Below, one piece after another: positions 62,823 to 64,000 of a stretch of DNA of 64,000 nt. This DNA comes from Azolla caroliniana. Taxonomy: Eukaryota; Plantae; Polypodiophyta. The notes under the pieces are model-generated. The model saw nothing but the letters and a program-made list of their open reading frames with translations. It was not told the DNA's origin and did no database searches. The DNA lies in the NCBI GenBank assembly GCA_043228905.1, contig JBHGNT010000017.1, positions 8,370,001-8,434,000 of the forward strand, written 5' to 3'. The position numbers and the translations under genes were made by a program. Within the stretch, counting starts at the first letter, position 1; each line of letters begins with the position of its first letter.

Positions 62823-63956
62823 TCACAATTTCGCCGATCTTGTAATGCGCTTGTTATTGGTGCCAATCGTCTGTGATTTTACACTCATCTTCATCTTAAA
62901 TCCTTTAGGTATCAACTTACTAAGTGGCACTTCATCATCAAAGGCATTAGAGACAGGGGTGGATGTATGGGCACCTTGGACCGGCGGCAAGCTTGAGAGA
63001 GCAATTGTGTTTTCTACAACTGCAATGCTTGTACACACATCCACAAAGGTGTTGTTGATAGTTAAATTATCACTCATCTTGTTCTCCAAATGTTGTTGCT
63101 CTTGCGTGTGGGTTGTAGTAGTACTCATGGTCAACTTCTGGCTGGTGATAGTCACCTCATTCTTAAGACCGCCGTGCTCCCCTTTCTGGGTGGTCTTTAT
63201 TGCCCTGTACTCATGGGTGATGCTAGTATTCTCGTTCTTAGTACAATCAGGCTCCTGTTTTTGGGCTATAGCAGTACTCATGGTCAACTACTCCTGGATG
63301 GTGATAGTAACCTCATTCTTAAGAACATCGTGCTCCCCTTCTTGGGTGGTCTTTATTGCCCGGTCCTCATGGGTGATGCTAGTATGCTCGTTCTCAGTAC
63401 AATTAGGCTCCTCGTCAATACTAGTGATATTCTTTCCACACTCCCCCTAGGCTTCTTTAGAAAAATGGTTGTTTGTACATGCATGTTCCTCTTCAAATAT
63501 GAATGCTTCCTTCTTTTCACAGTCCTCATGTGTGGAAGCGGTGCTTCCAGAGTATGCCTATATGCAAAGAATAATCCCAGAATCTGATTCTTCACTTGTG
63601 CTCCATATAGTTCCTGATTCATTTGATTGCCATTGGGAATCTACCTGCTCTTGTAAACCTAAATAATGGGATCCCAGAGAATATCAGTATCAACTCACAT
63701 ACTCACAAGTTTGCAAACATACCAGTAACTATAAACATATGAGGTTAATAACCACACTTTTACCTACTGTTACATCGTCATATTGTACAACCGTAGACAA
63801 CCCATTGCAAGTGGTAGGGTTAGTCATCTTCTCCACAACATTCATCAGATTTAGGGATGGTGCCAATCACAGGTTGGGGTTCATCATCAATAGAAGCTTT
63901 CATAATAGTATCTATAGAATGCACCAAAAGCACCACTATAATAGGGTTGTTATGAT
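62823..63956 (-). pseudogene. Last exons of an unknown, disrupted spliced ORF convergent on the transposase
   Basis: Candidate acceptors ttatttag at ~63957 and ~63659, donor ~63762; Thr/Glu-rich ORF with a ~153-bp internal duplication; stops present. Confidence 0.35.
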
Positions 63957-64000
63957 CTAAATAATTGTTTTCTTAGAGGGCTTTTGACGTGTACCTGGGA

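Overview
Eukaryotic, repeat-dense land-plant DNA, probably from a non-seed plant such as a fern (inferred from TE types and GA microsatellites; not verified). There is one intact host gene, a 4-exon LRR receptor-like kinase on the minus strand (41458-45385, ~887 aa, resembling At2g16250/LRR-XIV). Bases 1-34.7 kb are a stack of nested, decayed LTR retrotransposons (Ty3/Gypsy and Ty1/Copia), several with readable LTRs, TSDs, PBSs and PPTs, plus a 1.44-kb foldback palindrome and a hAT-type MITE. Bases 49.7-64 kb hold a second Trp-primed Gypsy copy, a hAT-type shell carrying a near full-length non-L1 LINE, and an intron-containing Sola2-like DDE transposase pseudogene with tandem repeats. The most notable element is the Tcn1-like chromovirus at 25980-33306. 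It lacks a tRNA PBS and instead has a 12-nt match to its own predicted 5' end (Tf1-type self-priming). Both of its LTRs begin with an antisense tRNA-like A-box/B-box module. All coordinates and lineage calls were made by eye; no database searches were run.
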